Below, in pieces: positions 21,930 to 33,235 of a stretch of DNA of 64,000 nt (positions within the stretch are counted from its first letter, which is position 1; every line of letters starts with the position of its first letter). Source of the DNA: Histomonas meleagridis 2922-C6/04-290x (taxonomy: Eukaryota; Protista; Parabasalia). Both the position numbers and the translations under genes were made by a program. The stretch is taken from the NCBI GenBank assembly GCA_020184695.1, contig JAANOX010000202.1, positions 1 through 64,000 on the forward strand, read 5' to 3'. The notes under the pieces are model-generated. The model searched no databases. It was not told the DNA's origin and was given only the letters and a program-made list of their open reading frames with translations.

Positions 21930-23420
21930 ATGGGAATTGATGGTTTTTTTGGGTGGATAACTAAGCGTTATCCTTTAATTTCACGCAACATGGGAACCAC
22001 CTCAGTGCCACGCATTGACACATTGTTTTTTGATTTCAATGGAATAATTCATAATGCACTTTCTTTAATATTAGCATCAAATATCAAAATTAATGATACA
22101 GACTGGTTTGCTAAAATTACCCAAATTGTTGATAATATTTTCAGCATAGTTAAACCAACATCTTTAATATTCATTTCAGTTGATGGAACAGCTCCATTTG
22201 CAAAAAATAAAGAACAAAGAAGAAGGAGAATGAATTCCAATATTGAGCGTAGTTCTATTAGCGTTGGAACAGAATTTATGGAAAGATTACATAACTATCT
22301 TATTTCATTATTAAAAGAAAAATCAAAAGGAGAATGGTGTGGTATAAAAATTGTTTACAGCTCTTATAAAACACCTGGTGAAGGCGAACACAAATTTTTT
22401 GATTTTATTGAATATATGCGCAAATGTGGGAAATGGGACGAAAATTCAACGATCTGTTTATACTCACCGGATCCAGATCTTATTCTTCTCTGTCTTTCTT
22501 CCAAGCTCCATAATACTTATCTTATGAATACATGTTCCAAAAATATCACATCAAATCGGTCTCCATCAGATTTTTCGCTTATTTCGATTAATCTTGTTCG
22601 GGAATACATTCACCTTGACTTCAAAAATACTGACGATCGGATTATCAATGATTTTATTGCTCTCACCTTTTTAATTGGAAATGATTTTCTCCCCAATTTT
22701 CCGCTCCAGGGTTTTGATTTTTCCATTATTCTTGACTCTTATAAACAATTATTTTCTGGGACCAATCAATATCTTGTTAACGACACTAAAGAAGGTTTTA
22801 ACCTTACAAATCTTGGAAAATTTCTCTTAGAGCTTTCAAAACTCCAAAATACTACTCAGCCACAATGTGATCCATCATATGTCCTCGAAGCTTTTTACTT
22901 TGTTTTCATATATTACAAGTCTCTAGGCGTCCCTTCGTGGGAATGGGAATATCCATTTCAGCATACTCCGAGTTTAAGCGCTGTTTCAGAATACGTTCTC
23001 TCACTTCCACATGATTTTCAGCCTCATTTCGAAATCGGATCTCCGCTTCTTCCTTTTGAACAACTTGTGGCTGTTTTACCTCCAAAGTTCTCACAGTTGG
23101 TTCCGAAGTGTCTTCAATGCTCTTTGGTGGATGCAGATGAAGTTAAACTATTTGATGTGAGAGAAATTGTAAGAACGAAAAGTGAATTTTTCACAAAAGA
23201 AGAAAATGAAAGAAATAAATTTGCAAAAAATATGTTATTTGATAATGGAAATATAACCGAATTCAATTTGGAGAATTTACCAAATGTTTTCGATGATGTT
23301 GTTAATCTAGCGTTTGTTCCATCGCTAAAATCAATAGGAAAAGTTTCAGCGCGTATTGAGTATGGAGTTGTTGTTATTAAAAATAAGATACAATGTGATT
23401 TGTGGTCAGACAAAAAATAG
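21930..23420 (+). CDS. Compact XRN-family 5'-3' exoribonuclease
   Basis: MGIDGFFGWITKRYP, DFNG, SVDGTAPFAK..EQRRRR, PGEGEHK, DPDLIL, GNDFLP, WEYP. Confidence 0.88.
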   Translation: MGIDGFFGWITKRYPLISRNMGTTSVPRIDTLFFDFNGIIHNALSLILASNIKINDTDWFAKITQIVDNIFSIVKPTSLIFISVDGTAPFAKNKEQRRRRMNSNIERSSISVGTEFMERLHNYLISLLKEKSKGEWCGIKIVYSSYKTPGEGEHKFFDFIEYMRKCGKWDENSTICLYSPDPDLILLCLSSKLHNTYLMNTCSKNITSNRSPSDFSLISINLVREYIHLDFKNTDDRIINDFIALTFLIGNDFLPNFPLQGFDFSIILDSYKQLFSGTNQYLVNDTKEGFNLTNLGKFLLELSKLQNTTQPQCDPSYVLEAFYFVFIYYKSLGVPSWEWEYPFQHTPSLSAVSEYVLSLPHDFQPHFEIGSPLLPFEQLVAVLPPKFSQLVPKCLQCSLVDADEVKLFDVREIVRTKSEFFTKEENERNKFAKNMLFDNGNITEFNLENLPNVFDDVVNLAFVPSLKSIGKVSARIEYGVVVIKNKIQCDLWSDKK

Positions 23421-23938
23421 AGTAAATGTTTATTTGTTTTTCATTTTTTGCAAATATTTATTCAGCATAAGTTAAATCTCTGTTTTTTTTGGTATCCCAA
23501 AATTTCATTGTATTCATTTAAATATAAAAATTAAATTGTTTAATAATTTTATTTATCAAATGTTGCATAGAAACCTTTAAAATTTTTTTTATTGATTTAG
23601 TAAAAACGATACACTATCGTTCAGGGAATTCCCCAAAAAAACTTTGTCATTTTTTATAACCGTTATGCCGGAAACAGTCACAAAATTTTCTAGGACAAAA
23701 CCGTTGAATTCAGGAAAATTTGAGGGAACCTTTAGACTCTCAATTTTGAGAAGGAAGTGCTCTAAAAAAGAAGAAGTAAAAACAACTTTTAGAACACTTT
23801 ACAAACAGTAAAATCTTGTTGATCAAGTCCCCAAATAAAAATATCTAAACAACATTGAGACTAAATTGACTCTACAGCGAGAATTTATGTTTGGGTGTTT
23901 GTGCTATTTCTTACAAACAAGATGATCAGTGCTGAAAA

Positions 23939-24679
23939 TCAATCTTTTGTATTCATAAATCTTCTAACAGCAATTGAGTATGTTTCTTTTCTTCCATGAT
24001 GTATTACTTTGATGTAAACATCGTCTATTCTGTTTAATAAAGCTTCAACTGATTCATCTGGGAATAATCTAAGTCTTGCTACTTCTTGAAAAATGGAAGG
24101 TATGATAATGTTAAGTGGTTGCTTAAGAACATAGTGTGAGTAAGCGAACCCATGTTCAATAACACCGACTTGTTCTAGAACAAATACAATTAGATATAAT
24201 CTTCTAAGGATTTTTTTGGCTTGATCAGGGGAGTCACCCATTAAGTTGGCAACTTCTTTGATGTTCAAGCAGTCTACTCCGAGGAAAACGTATAAAGAAA
24301 GGAACTTCTTGACGAGGGATGTTAAGGATGGGGATGCACCAGCGTTAAAAATGGTAATAATAGATTCATCCTGAGCTCTTAGTTCATTCTTAATACCCTG
24401 TTTAACGAGAGAAGCTGAAGTTGCACTCAATCCTCTCCATACAATTAATTTATCTGAGTAATGGGCGAAAACTTCGAGACCTTCAAGGATGTTGTATAAG
24501 TCTGACTGTCTGCGTTTGTCACAATCTGCTATATCTGAGAATCGTACTGGAATATTCTTTGCTAATTCGAATTGTCGGATGATTCTGTGAATCAAGGCTC
24601 CGAACTGTTGTCTCTCCGTGGGTTGTTGCTCTGCTTTATTTCTAACTTGTCGATTTGGTTGATTGTCTGTTTTTGTCAT
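23939..24679 (-). CDS. Atypical E2F-like transcription factor with two winged-helix DNA-binding domains
   Basis: RRQSDLYNILEGL...WRG and SLTSLVKKFLSLY...RRLYLIVFVLEQVG both resemble the E2F RRxYDxxNVL signature. Confidence 0.7.
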   Translation of the reverse strand: MTKTDNQPNRQVRNKAEQQPTERQQFGALIHRIIRQFELAKNIPVRFSDIADCDKRRQSDLYNILEGLEVFAHYSDKLIVWRGLSATSASLVKQGIKNELRAQDESIITIFNAGASPSLTSLVKKFLSLYVFLGVDCLNIKEVANLMGDSPDQAKKILRRLYLIVFVLEQVGVIEHGFAYSHYVLKQPLNIIIPSIFQEVARLRLFPDESVEALLNRIDDVYIKVIHHGRKETYSIAVRRFMNTKD

Positions 24680-25093
24680 TGGGATGTTGCTGTTTGTTAG
24701 CTCAAACCGATTGTTCGTTCAATTTTTGTTGGCTTGATTTTGAGGGAACACAAATTCCATTAGAAAAGCCCAGAAAAATAAACCTGTGAAATACTTTTTG
24801 AAATAGTCGGTTAGAATTATCAACCGGAAAAACTTTAAAACGATCAGTTTCTGACGGATGGAATTGAATGTCTTAGTTTCAATATTTTCAATATATTGAA
24901 GTAATAAAGCATTCAAATCCGGTTAGAACCAAAGCTTTTGCGTCTGAAAAAACCGGTTTGAGGTTTTGATCGGATTTAACATAATTGCGATCAAAAAGTC
25001 AGTACGATACAACAGAAAAATGCAAAACAATTTTTAAATTCATGAATATAAAACTTTTTATTATTTAATTAAAAACACATAAAAATTTTTTTA

Positions 25094-27529
25094 TCAAATT
25101 GTCTGATTATTACTTTTTTTGTATCTTGATAACATTTGATGAAATGTATTTTCAAGTACAATTAAATCCGGCGTTTGACTCATGAAATTTAATCGAAATT
25201 GTTGAAGGACAACTTCTTGAATTGGCGGATTACACTTTTGCGCCACGTTTGTCAAAATATTTTTACAAACTATTTCCAAATTATTAAATCTGGATCCGAC
25301 TATTCTAAAGATCTGCAGAATTATCGGGATACAATTCATAGCGTTTGTAATATGATTTAACATATTATTCATCGTTAATAAATAAAACTTTGGAATTGTT
25401 TCTTGTGACTGCGAAAAACAAACAGCAGTTAACAAGTAACAATACCTCGCATAGTCATAAGGAGCTGTTTGATCGAATAACGCATCGATTTGTTCATGTT
25501 TAAATTTCGAAAATATTTCGTATAACTTCTGATTAGGAAAGAATTCGGGTAACAAAACAAGTACAGAGAAATACGGATTCTTAAAATCTTTGTCATCATT
25601 TATATCATTAATGAATTGTAATGAATATTGGAATACTTCATCTCTTTTTCGAACCCAATTTTTTTGTAATGCTGCTGATAAATAATTCGCTATAGTTATA
25701 TGTACTTCAATATCAGTACCATCAGCTAAAGCAGGTTTAAATTTCTCGAAAACTAAAAGGAATATTTCATTGTACATATTTTGCATATATTCAACAATTT
25801 CATTATTATAAAATACGGAGCCTTTAATGATGAATATAATGAAATCTACAAATTGTTGTAAATCAAAAATATTATTTATGTTAATACTTATAATCATTTG
25901 TCTTAAAAGTGAAAACAAATTTGTTAAAATCGTTGTGATTTCGGTGACTTGTACTAATAATTTCTGTGTAATTCGTAATAATGATACTAATAACACTTGA
26001 AACGTTTCGATGTTTGCGGATTGTGGTAATAATCGTAATAATGGTTGATAATATATCTGTGGATTATTCGCAAATAATTCGGGATATACTAATGATAATG
26101 AATTTAATGCCATTCCAACATATTTAAAGTCAACTTTATCAATGAAATAAAACGTGTTTTGGATAAAGCATTGTGATGAATCCGATGCATATTTACAACA
26201 TTTAGAGATAAAATGTAAGACTGTTATAGGAGGATTACTAATTCCTGTTAAAAAGATTGCAAACGCACTCGAAAATAATCGTCGAATCGATTTATCAGAA
26301 TGCGCAATTGCAAAAAATAGGCCTTGCGTAATATTACATATCGAATTACCAAAAAATTCAGACACAATTTTGTTATATCCTAATGGCTCACTAAACAACA
26401 TAAAACAATTCGATAATCGTTCGAGTATAAAATCTGTTAAATGTATATCAATGATATTCACCATATATTGTAAACATCGTAATACATATGGACGAATATT
26501 AGAGATGTCAAATGGACAATAACTCAAACATTTACATAACGTTTCAAGAATATTTGAAAATTCTTCTTCGTTAAGCATTAATATTCGATCTAAAAATTGA
26601 TATACATTCTCAAAAAATTGTTGAGAAAAAATCGCATTTTGTTCAATACCATAAAAATCAAACGTGTAATCAATGGCTAACGTATAAATGGATGACGCAA
26701 AATGTAGAAATGCTTCTATTGGCGTATCTGTTTGTACCATTTGAAATGCATTGTTAACCATAATCGTGATGACACTTTTTATAAATTCAATTTCTTCAAG
26801 TGTGAAAAATTCTATCGAAAGCGAGAGAATATCATCAAATAACTCAATAAGACATGGTATACATTGTTGAATGGAAAAACACTGATTTATTTGATTTAAA
26901 AAGACTGAAAATCGTGAAATGTTGGGAGAAATTTTAATGAACATTCGAAGTAAATTTACCCAAACTGGACATATCTCGGAATTGGATAAAAGGGTAAAAA
27001 GACTTGCTTGATAATTTTCATCTTCATTAATTTGCTTGAAATGATTAAAAAAATTAAGATTTACTTCTATTTCTTGTGGTTCCGATTTATATATTTCTGT
27101 ACGAGCTGACTCATTAACAACATATAAATTATATATAAAAGTTAATGTTTGTTCTTGGTTTATAAAAATTGATAAATTTTGAAGGGTTTCTTGTATTAAA
27201 GTTAAATCATACATTGTTAATTGAGCAAGAAAATGGAAAATTACGCCATATGCTTGTGATGAAAAAAATCCAGTTCGAAGTCTTTCAATCGTTAATTGAA
27301 AAAAAACACGTATTGCATCTTTTGGTACAAACTGGAGTTTTGGTTGAATTCGCATCATAAAAAAAGAAATTAAACTCACGCTTTGAGAATTTGTAAGTGT
27401 TGTAACAAAAATATTATAAAAATTTGGATCTTCAACAACACTTTGCAAAATTGCTTCGCAACACTTTCTTTGTTCCTCGGATGTGCTTGTTACAAATGAT
27501 TTTATAACATCTTCGAGGTTAGGGTTCAT
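25094..27529 (-). CDS. HEAT/ARM-repeat protein, possibly importin-beta/exportin family
   Basis: 811-aa helical ORF. The N-terminus EEQRKCCEAILQSVVEDPNF resembles an importin-N domain. Confidence 0.55.
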   Translation of the reverse strand: MNPNLEDVIKSFVTSTSEEQRKCCEAILQSVVEDPNFYNIFVTTLTNSQSVSLISFFMMRIQPKLQFVPKDAIRVFFQLTIERLRTGFFSSQAYGVIFHFLAQLTMYDLTLIQETLQNLSIFINQEQTLTFIYNLYVVNESARTEIYKSEPQEIEVNLNFFNHFKQINEDENYQASLFTLLSNSEICPVWVNLLRMFIKISPNISRFSVFLNQINQCFSIQQCIPCLIELFDDILSLSIEFFTLEEIEFIKSVITIMVNNAFQMVQTDTPIEAFLHFASSIYTLAIDYTFDFYGIEQNAIFSQQFFENVYQFLDRILMLNEEEFSNILETLCKCLSYCPFDISNIRPYVLRCLQYMVNIIDIHLTDFILERLSNCFMLFSEPLGYNKIVSEFFGNSICNITQGLFFAIAHSDKSIRRLFSSAFAIFLTGISNPPITVLHFISKCCKYASDSSQCFIQNTFYFIDKVDFKYVGMALNSLSLVYPELFANNPQIYYQPLLRLLPQSANIETFQVLLVSLLRITQKLLVQVTEITTILTNLFSLLRQMIISININNIFDLQQFVDFIIFIIKGSVFYNNEIVEYMQNMYNEIFLLVFEKFKPALADGTDIEVHITIANYLSAALQKNWVRKRDEVFQYSLQFINDINDDKDFKNPYFSVLVLLPEFFPNQKLYEIFSKFKHEQIDALFDQTAPYDYARYCYLLTAVCFSQSQETIPKFYLLTMNNMLNHITNAMNCIPIILQIFRIVGSRFNNLEIVCKNILTNVAQKCNPPIQEVVLQQFRLNFMSQTPDLIVLENTFHQMLSRYKKSNNQTI

Positions 27530-27878
27530 CTGTGGCTACAGCAACGAAGCCGTTTATAAATGCCAGCCAACATCTCAAAATCTTCAACTAAAATCTACAT
27601 TAAAGTAGGATCAAAACATCATTTTTCTCATTAATGCTGTACAATTAAATTATGCTATACAAATTGATTTATTTGATATTAGAAAAGATACATATCATTT
27701 CAAAAATTGATATAAAAATTAAAAAAAATTCTTTCTGAATACGCTAAGATATAATCCTAGTATGTATGACAAAATAAATGTTCATATTAAGCTATTGAAC
27801 ATCTGAATGATTAAAAAGTTTGGTTCTTTTTGATTTTTTGCTTTTGTTTACGGTGACACTTTTCGGTTTCCATTTTGA

Positions 27879-29849
27879 ATGATACAGGAAGAAGACACAT
27901 CCAAATTCCTTGATGAGGCAACACCTTGGGAGAAACTCACGCCTAGCGCACAAGCATACTTCGGTACTCCTGCACAGTACCAACAACGTATTCTTAATTT
28001 CTTTTTTGACCATCAAAAGCCTTATGGGAATTCTCTTCCTTTCATCCAGAAACAACAATACTACCAAAGGCTTATCGACTATGGAATCAACAATTTCCTT
28101 GTTTTCCCTTACCATTTGACTGCTGAATTAAGGGAAAATAATCCAATAGTTCCATTTAATTATTACTGCGAAATGCTTCTTAAAGTAATGGCTAGTGATA
28201 GATCTTATCAAAGCATCCCTAACTTCTCAGCTGCAGATGCTCTTCGTGTTACTGGTGTTGGTCGAAATCAATTTATTGATGCAATGAACAAATCAAGAAC
28301 AAATAGCTGGTCCTCTTTTATCAAATCCAAAGACAAGGTTTTACGATCTTTACTCCCACAAGCACCAATGGAGGTTCCGCTTCAAAAATGGTGGATACTT
28401 ATCACAATCCCAGCAAGTGACTCCAAACTCAACAAATTACCATCCTCACAGCGCCTTACATATGAGCGAATCGCATCACAGCCAAATGGTGCTGAAATAA
28501 GCTCATTCAATGAACAAGATATTCGTGGATTAATTAATGAAGGACTTATTTATATTAATATTCCACTCACACAACAGGACACAGTTAAGCTCTTACCATT
28601 AGATAACTTTGTTATGAATCGTGTATGTGGTGATTATCTTGAAGGTCTTTGTTACAAGTCATTCATCTCAATTGATGAGCGAACAACAATTGAACAACTC
28701 TCTAAGATGCTTGCTGTTGAAGTTCATGAAATCCGTAAGGTGTTATCTCTATTTATTAGACTTGGATTAGCTGAAAGAGTATCTATTGACGAACAAGCTG
28801 ATGGAGGTTCTAATGAGCCAACGGCCAAACGTTTAGCTGCAATTTATGATTGTAATCTTCCTGCTGCATTAATGCTTGGAAATCTTGGGCAAACTGTTAA
28901 ATCTTTTTCTGTCACCTTATTCGAAGTCGGCAAGATGCTTGATGCATCAGTCTCCGAATTTATCGAAGCATTGCAGCAAATCGACCCACCCGCTGACGAA
29001 TCAATGGTTTCATGCCATGAAAAGTGTCAAGTTATAGCTCGAATTGGACTTTTCTTAAAATCACAACCAATAGCTGCTGGTGGGCTTGATTTATTACGTC
29101 TTGAGAACTTACTTGACCTTGATGAAGATTCACGTGCTAAAATGTTCGAAAGAAATTATACTGCCGCGATTGCACTTGCTCCTTTGATGTTGACTCAATC
29201 GTCCCTTTCAATTCCAGGGTTAGTTCACTTTGGACCCCCATCACCACTTTTTCACTCGCCTTGGGCACTCCTTTATCTTCACTCCGTTGTAAAACAGGGA
29301 CCCCCCGTTTTTGTATGGCCCCAAGGTGAAATAGTGACTTCTCTTCCAGAACCATTTTTCGAGTATGATACAGTAAGGCTTTATAGATGGGGAGCAGAAG
29401 CTGTGGTTGTACCAACGACAACACTTTTAATTTCATTAAATGATGCACTTCCATCATCCCCAGTATTAGTACAATGTTATGAAAAGGAAGGAGAAACAAT
29501 GAAAGATGTTGGATTCCCACTTGAAGAACAGATGGATGAAGAATTACAAAAGGCTTTCGCATTGGATACAATGTTCGGATTTATGAAATTGGTTACTACT
29601 AAAGATGGTAAAAACATCCCAATTGATATCCTTTATGGAATTCCGACAACATCATTACAATTATGTGATCAAGTAATCAAGCAGATCGAAGCAAGGAATA
29701 TGCTTGGAGAAGAAAACATTCAAAAGTTACAAGAAGAAACTAAGCGTATAACTGGAGCAATGGAAGAATTCGTTAAGACATGGAGTTGTGGTATCGGACA
29801 TCCAGTTCGTTCAATTGTTGCAGTTGATGGAAATCTCCAATGGATTTGA
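27879..29849 (+). CDS. FAM91A1: FAM91A1 family protein
   Basis: FNYYCEML..M..DRSYQSIPNFSAADALRVTGVGRNQFID, NRVCGDYLEGLCYK.F.SIDERTTI, LFEVGK. Confidence 0.9.
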   Translation: MIQEEDTSKFLDEATPWEKLTPSAQAYFGTPAQYQQRILNFFFDHQKPYGNSLPFIQKQQYYQRLIDYGINNFLVFPYHLTAELRENNPIVPFNYYCEMLLKVMASDRSYQSIPNFSAADALRVTGVGRNQFIDAMNKSRTNSWSSFIKSKDKVLRSLLPQAPMEVPLQKWWILITIPASDSKLNKLPSSQRLTYERIASQPNGAEISSFNEQDIRGLINEGLIYINIPLTQQDTVKLLPLDNFVMNRVCGDYLEGLCYKSFISIDERTTIEQLSKMLAVEVHEIRKVLSLFIRLGLAERVSIDEQADGGSNEPTAKRLAAIYDCNLPAALMLGNLGQTVKSFSVTLFEVGKMLDASVSEFIEALQQIDPPADESMVSCHEKCQVIARIGLFLKSQPIAAGGLDLLRLENLLDLDEDSRAKMFERNYTAAIALAPLMLTQSSLSIPGLVHFGPPSPLFHSPWALLYLHSVVKQGPPVFVWPQGEIVTSLPEPFFEYDTVRLYRWGAEAVVVPTTTLLISLNDALPSSPVLVQCYEKEGETMKDVGFPLEEQMDEELQKAFALDTMFGFMKLVTTKDGKNIPIDILYGIPTTSLQLCDQVIKQIEARNMLGEENIQKLQEETKRITGAMEEFVKTWSCGIGHPVRSIVAVDGNLQWI

Positions 29850-29962
29850 AAATAAAATTTTTTTCAGTAATTTTTTTTAATCAAAGACTATCCAAAGATA
29901 AATTTAGGCGTTTGGTGCCACCCCAAAAAAAGCGACCACTTCGTTGTAAACATGAGAATTTT

Positions 29963-29990
29963 TACGGTTTGAAGGTTTGGCTTTCCCTTT
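29963..29990 (+). promoter_or_regulatory. M3 + M5-like core promoter of RPL10
   Basis: TACGGTTT at 29963-29970 and CCTTT at 29986-29990, just before ATG 29997. Confidence 0.6.
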
Positions 29991-29996
29991 TTCTAA

Positions 29997-30632
29997 ATGG
30001 GTCGTCGTCCAGCTCGTTGCTATCGCTACTTTAAGAGTGCTCCATATCCAAAGTCACGTTTCTGCCGTGGTGTTCCAGATCCACGTCTTCAACGTTATGA
30101 AACAGGTACAAAACAAGCCACAGCCCACGTTTTCCCATATTGTGTTCGTCTTATCTATCTTGAACACAGACAAAACATTTCTGCTGAAGCGCTTGAAGCC
30201 GCTCGTGTTAGCTCCAACCGTTACATGATGAAGACAATGGGCAAAGCATATCACATCCGTATCAATCTTCACCCATTCCATGTTCTCCGTATCAACAAGA
30301 TGCTTTCCACCGCAGGTGCAGATAGACTTCAAACCGGTATGCGTCATGCCTTCGGTAAGCCAAATGGTATGGTTTCCCGTGTTAACCATCCACAATGCAT
30401 TATGTCAGTTCGTGCACCAAAGGATGGCCTTAAGAATGCCATTGAAGCCTTCCGTCGTGCCTCCTTCAAATTCCCAGGCAAGTCAAAGGTCGTTGTCTCA
30501 TCCAAAGTTGGTTTCACCCCATACACGCTTCAACAATACAAGGACTATCTTGCTTCCGGCAAAATCGTTGAGTGTGGTAATCACATGCGCCGCGTATACC
30601 GCCGCGGTCCAATTCCAAAGAAGACGAACTAA
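29997..30632 (+). CDS. RPL10: 60S ribosomal protein L10 (uL16)
   Basis: [49 protein letters not shown]. Biased, GC-richer codon use. Confidence 0.98.
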   Translation: MGRRPARCYRYFKSAPYPKSRFCRGVPDPRLQRYETGTKQATAHVFPYCVRLIYLEHRQNISAEALEAARVSSNRYMMKTMGKAYHIRINLHPFHVLRINKMLSTAGADRLQTGMRHAFGKPNGMVSRVNHPQCIMSVRAPKDGLKNAIEAFRRASFKFPGKSKVVVSSKVGFTPYTLQQYKDYLASGKIVECGNHMRRVYRRGPIPKKTN

Positions 30633-30757
30633 ATCACTAAACGTTCCGCACAACTTTTTCAGTATTTTACAAAAAATATTAAGATTACAATAATTTACAA
30701 CTGTTTAGTTGAAAAAGTTCATATTTGGGAGCGCCCCAAACACGTTAAAGTTTCTGT

Positions 30758-33235
30758 TTATTGTATAATTTTTCTTAATATATTAATATAAGGTAAATAT
30801 TGTTGAATTCCAGCTAAATCTTCGATGTATTTAGCGCAATTTGTGTTTCTAAGTATTGATTGCGTTTGAGGATATTGACTTAATGAACATAAAGTAGATA
30901 ATACACTTAAAGTATAACAATTATTCGTCTTCAAGAACTCAACAAAATATTCGACTAAACCTAAAAATTCGGAAATTAAACCAATTCGTGATAATGTGTC
31001 TATCATGAAGAAGCACGTTGACAATGATTCCTTATCATTTAACTTCATAACTGTTTGCTGATAATTAGTGAAGAATCCATTTTGTTCATATTTGTGTAAG
31101 TCCATTGGCGTTGACACAAGTTTCACTATGATTGAAGATGCGACTTCGATCATTTTGATGTCATTACTATGCATTAGTTGTGATAAGAACATTGGGATCT
31201 CATTGAACGATGATATTATTGGACGTAACTCTGAGAACACTAATAACACAAGTAATAAATTGACGACTTGTTTCACACTCATTTTACCATTTAAGATCCA
31301 TTGTCCGCCATTAGCTAATAATGAATCGCCGCTTTTAGTTCGATCACATTGACATAGTATTGTGTAATAAGCATTTTGATTGCTTGGTAATAACGCTAAT
31401 AAATATGACATAATCTCTTTGGTTAAATGAATTGACTTTTGTTTTATTAGGAATGATAATGTTATTGTTGTCGTTTCTGGATTTTGTAAATGCTTTAAGA
31501 TAATATTAGGATCAATATTATATTTCGGTGAATAAAACATTATCATTAATGAATATACATTTATAATTACTTGTGATGACGTAGAATTAGCAATATAATT
31601 ATTAAAAATGGGTATGATGTATTCAAAACGAGCATTGTTAAATTGGGAATAATTAGACATCAAGTAATATAACATTTGTAAATATAAAACCGGCGACGTA
31701 TTGAAAAAGTTCGTTGATGCTTTAATTAAATGGTCGCTTGCAATCCATCCATTGGATAAGCGATCGAACATTTGAACAATTGGATATAAGATACGTAACG
31801 TTTTGTCGGCATATTCATGGTTAATAAATGGTGATATGTACCGAACAAATGGTTTGTCAATTAACGTTGGTCGTTGGGTAACTACAAATAATGCAATCTC
31901 AAAGGTATATTTGACTGATTTTTCAGAATTAATGGGCAAATGATGTAAAAGATCATTCTCGATAAATAAGTTAAAGTAATTTGCATTAGATCGAATTAAT
32001 TGATTAAGATTTTCAACGACAATCTCAGAAATGTTCTTGGGTGTAGTAGGTGAAAAACATCGTACTAACATATGGAAGAACTTTGGAGCATTTTCAGGTG
32101 TTAAGTTTTGCATACATAATGTGAAATTTTTCTGATAGTTAGGAATAGAGAAATTAAGAATATCATCGAAACGTGGTACTTCCAGGACATTACTGACCGA
32201 TTTGATCATTGGAGGTGGTCTTTTTGTTGATAATACGGTATTATTTCTTTTACGATTTGCTTGTGCAGAGATTACTTGTGCTTTGTTGTACTTCAGAGGA
32301 GGTTCTCTTGCGCCTCTGATCTCAGAACGGATGATTTGGTCATCCTTAATTTCATTGATAACATAATCAATTGCAGCTGGTTCAGTTCCGGGAAACATAA
32401 CCTTCTTTGAAGCAATGGCATTATATGCTTGTTCAAAAGTAGGTCGATTGTTTGGGTCTTGATTCCAAAGTGCATTGATAAATTGTTTGAGTTCTTTTGG
32501 TGTTTTATCTGGGAAAGCAGGTCTTTCTTGGTTTTGTGATACTGCAATAGCTATTTGGATTCCATCCTTTCCTTGGAATGGAGCTGTTTCTGTTAACATT
32601 TCCCACATCATAATTCCAAATGCATAGACATCGACTTTGTTTGTGTAGTCTGTGGATACGAAAGACTCGGGAGCCATCCAGTGAGGAGTTCCGACGTTCT
32701 TTGTCATTAAATTAGATTCTGATGTTAATCTTGATGTACCAAAATCACAGATTCTAGGGAATAATTTCTTATCTAAAAGTATGTTGAGGGACTTAAGATC
32801 TCTATGGATGATGCCCATTGCGTGAAGAGAAGCCATACCTTTACATATGCCAAGTGCAATAATTGTTTTTTGTGTAGGAGTTAATGATGGAGCGCCCTTT
32901 CGATGACGAAGAGCACCAAAGAGTGAGCCATTTGGTATATATTCTGTAACAATAAGAAGTGGAATTGTTGGCTTCCATCCATAAAATGGAACCAAAAACA
33001 AGTTATCACATTTAGCAAGAACTCCTACTTCTCGACAGAAATCTATTAAGTCCTTACTTTCAATGTCCTGTGTAAAAAGTTTTTTAACAGCACAAATTTT
33101 TCCTGTGGGAATATGTCTTGCTTTAAAAACTTGTCCATAGGCTCCTTGACCAATCATTTGCATCATTTCAAAGTCTTCCAACTCTACCTGGTAAGACTTA
33201 AGTTCCGGGCTGACGTGGCTGAGGAGGTTTGTCAT
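30758..33235 (-). CDS. TKL-group protein kinase with helical (ARM-like) C-terminal region
   Basis: IGQGAYGQV, AVK, HRDLKSLN, DFG, GTPHWMAPE, DVYAFG. Confidence 0.92.
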   Translation of the reverse strand: MTNLLSHVSPELKSYQVELEDFEMMQMIGQGAYGQVFKARHIPTGKICAVKKLFTQDIESKDLIDFCREVGVLAKCDNLFLVPFYGWKPTIPLLIVTEYIPNGSLFGALRHRKGAPSLTPTQKTIIALGICKGMASLHAMGIIHRDLKSLNILLDKKLFPRICDFGTSRLTSESNLMTKNVGTPHWMAPESFVSTDYTNKVDVYAFGIMMWEMLTETAPFQGKDGIQIAIAVSQNQERPAFPDKTPKELKQFINALWNQDPNNRPTFEQAYNAIASKKVMFPGTEPAAIDYVINEIKDDQIIRSEIRGAREPPLKYNKAQVISAQANRKRNNTVLSTKRPPPMIKSVSNVLEVPRFDDILNFSIPNYQKNFTLCMQNLTPENAPKFFHMLVRCFSPTTPKNISEIVVENLNQLIRSNANYFNLFIENDLLHHLPINSEKSVKYTFEIALFVVTQRPTLIDKPFVRYISPFINHEYADKTLRILYPIVQMFDRLSNGWIASDHLIKASTNFFNTSPVLYLQMLYYLMSNYSQFNNARFEYIIPIFNNYIANSTSSQVIINVYSLMIMFYSPKYNIDPNIILKHLQNPETTTITLSFLIKQKSIHLTKEIMSYLLALLPSNQNAYYTILCQCDRTKSGDSLLANGGQWILNGKMSVKQVVNLLLVLLVFSELRPIISSFNEIPMFLSQLMHSNDIKMIEVASSIIVKLVSTPMDLHKYEQNGFFTNYQQTVMKLNDKESLSTCFFMIDTLSRIGLISEFLGLVEYFVEFLKTNNCYTLSVLSTLCSLSQYPQTQSILRNTNCAKYIEDLAGIQQYLPYINILRKIIQ

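Noticed and set aside
30054-30693. Overlapping alternative ORFs at RPL10
   Set aside because: By-products of the strong codon bias of a highly expressed gene.
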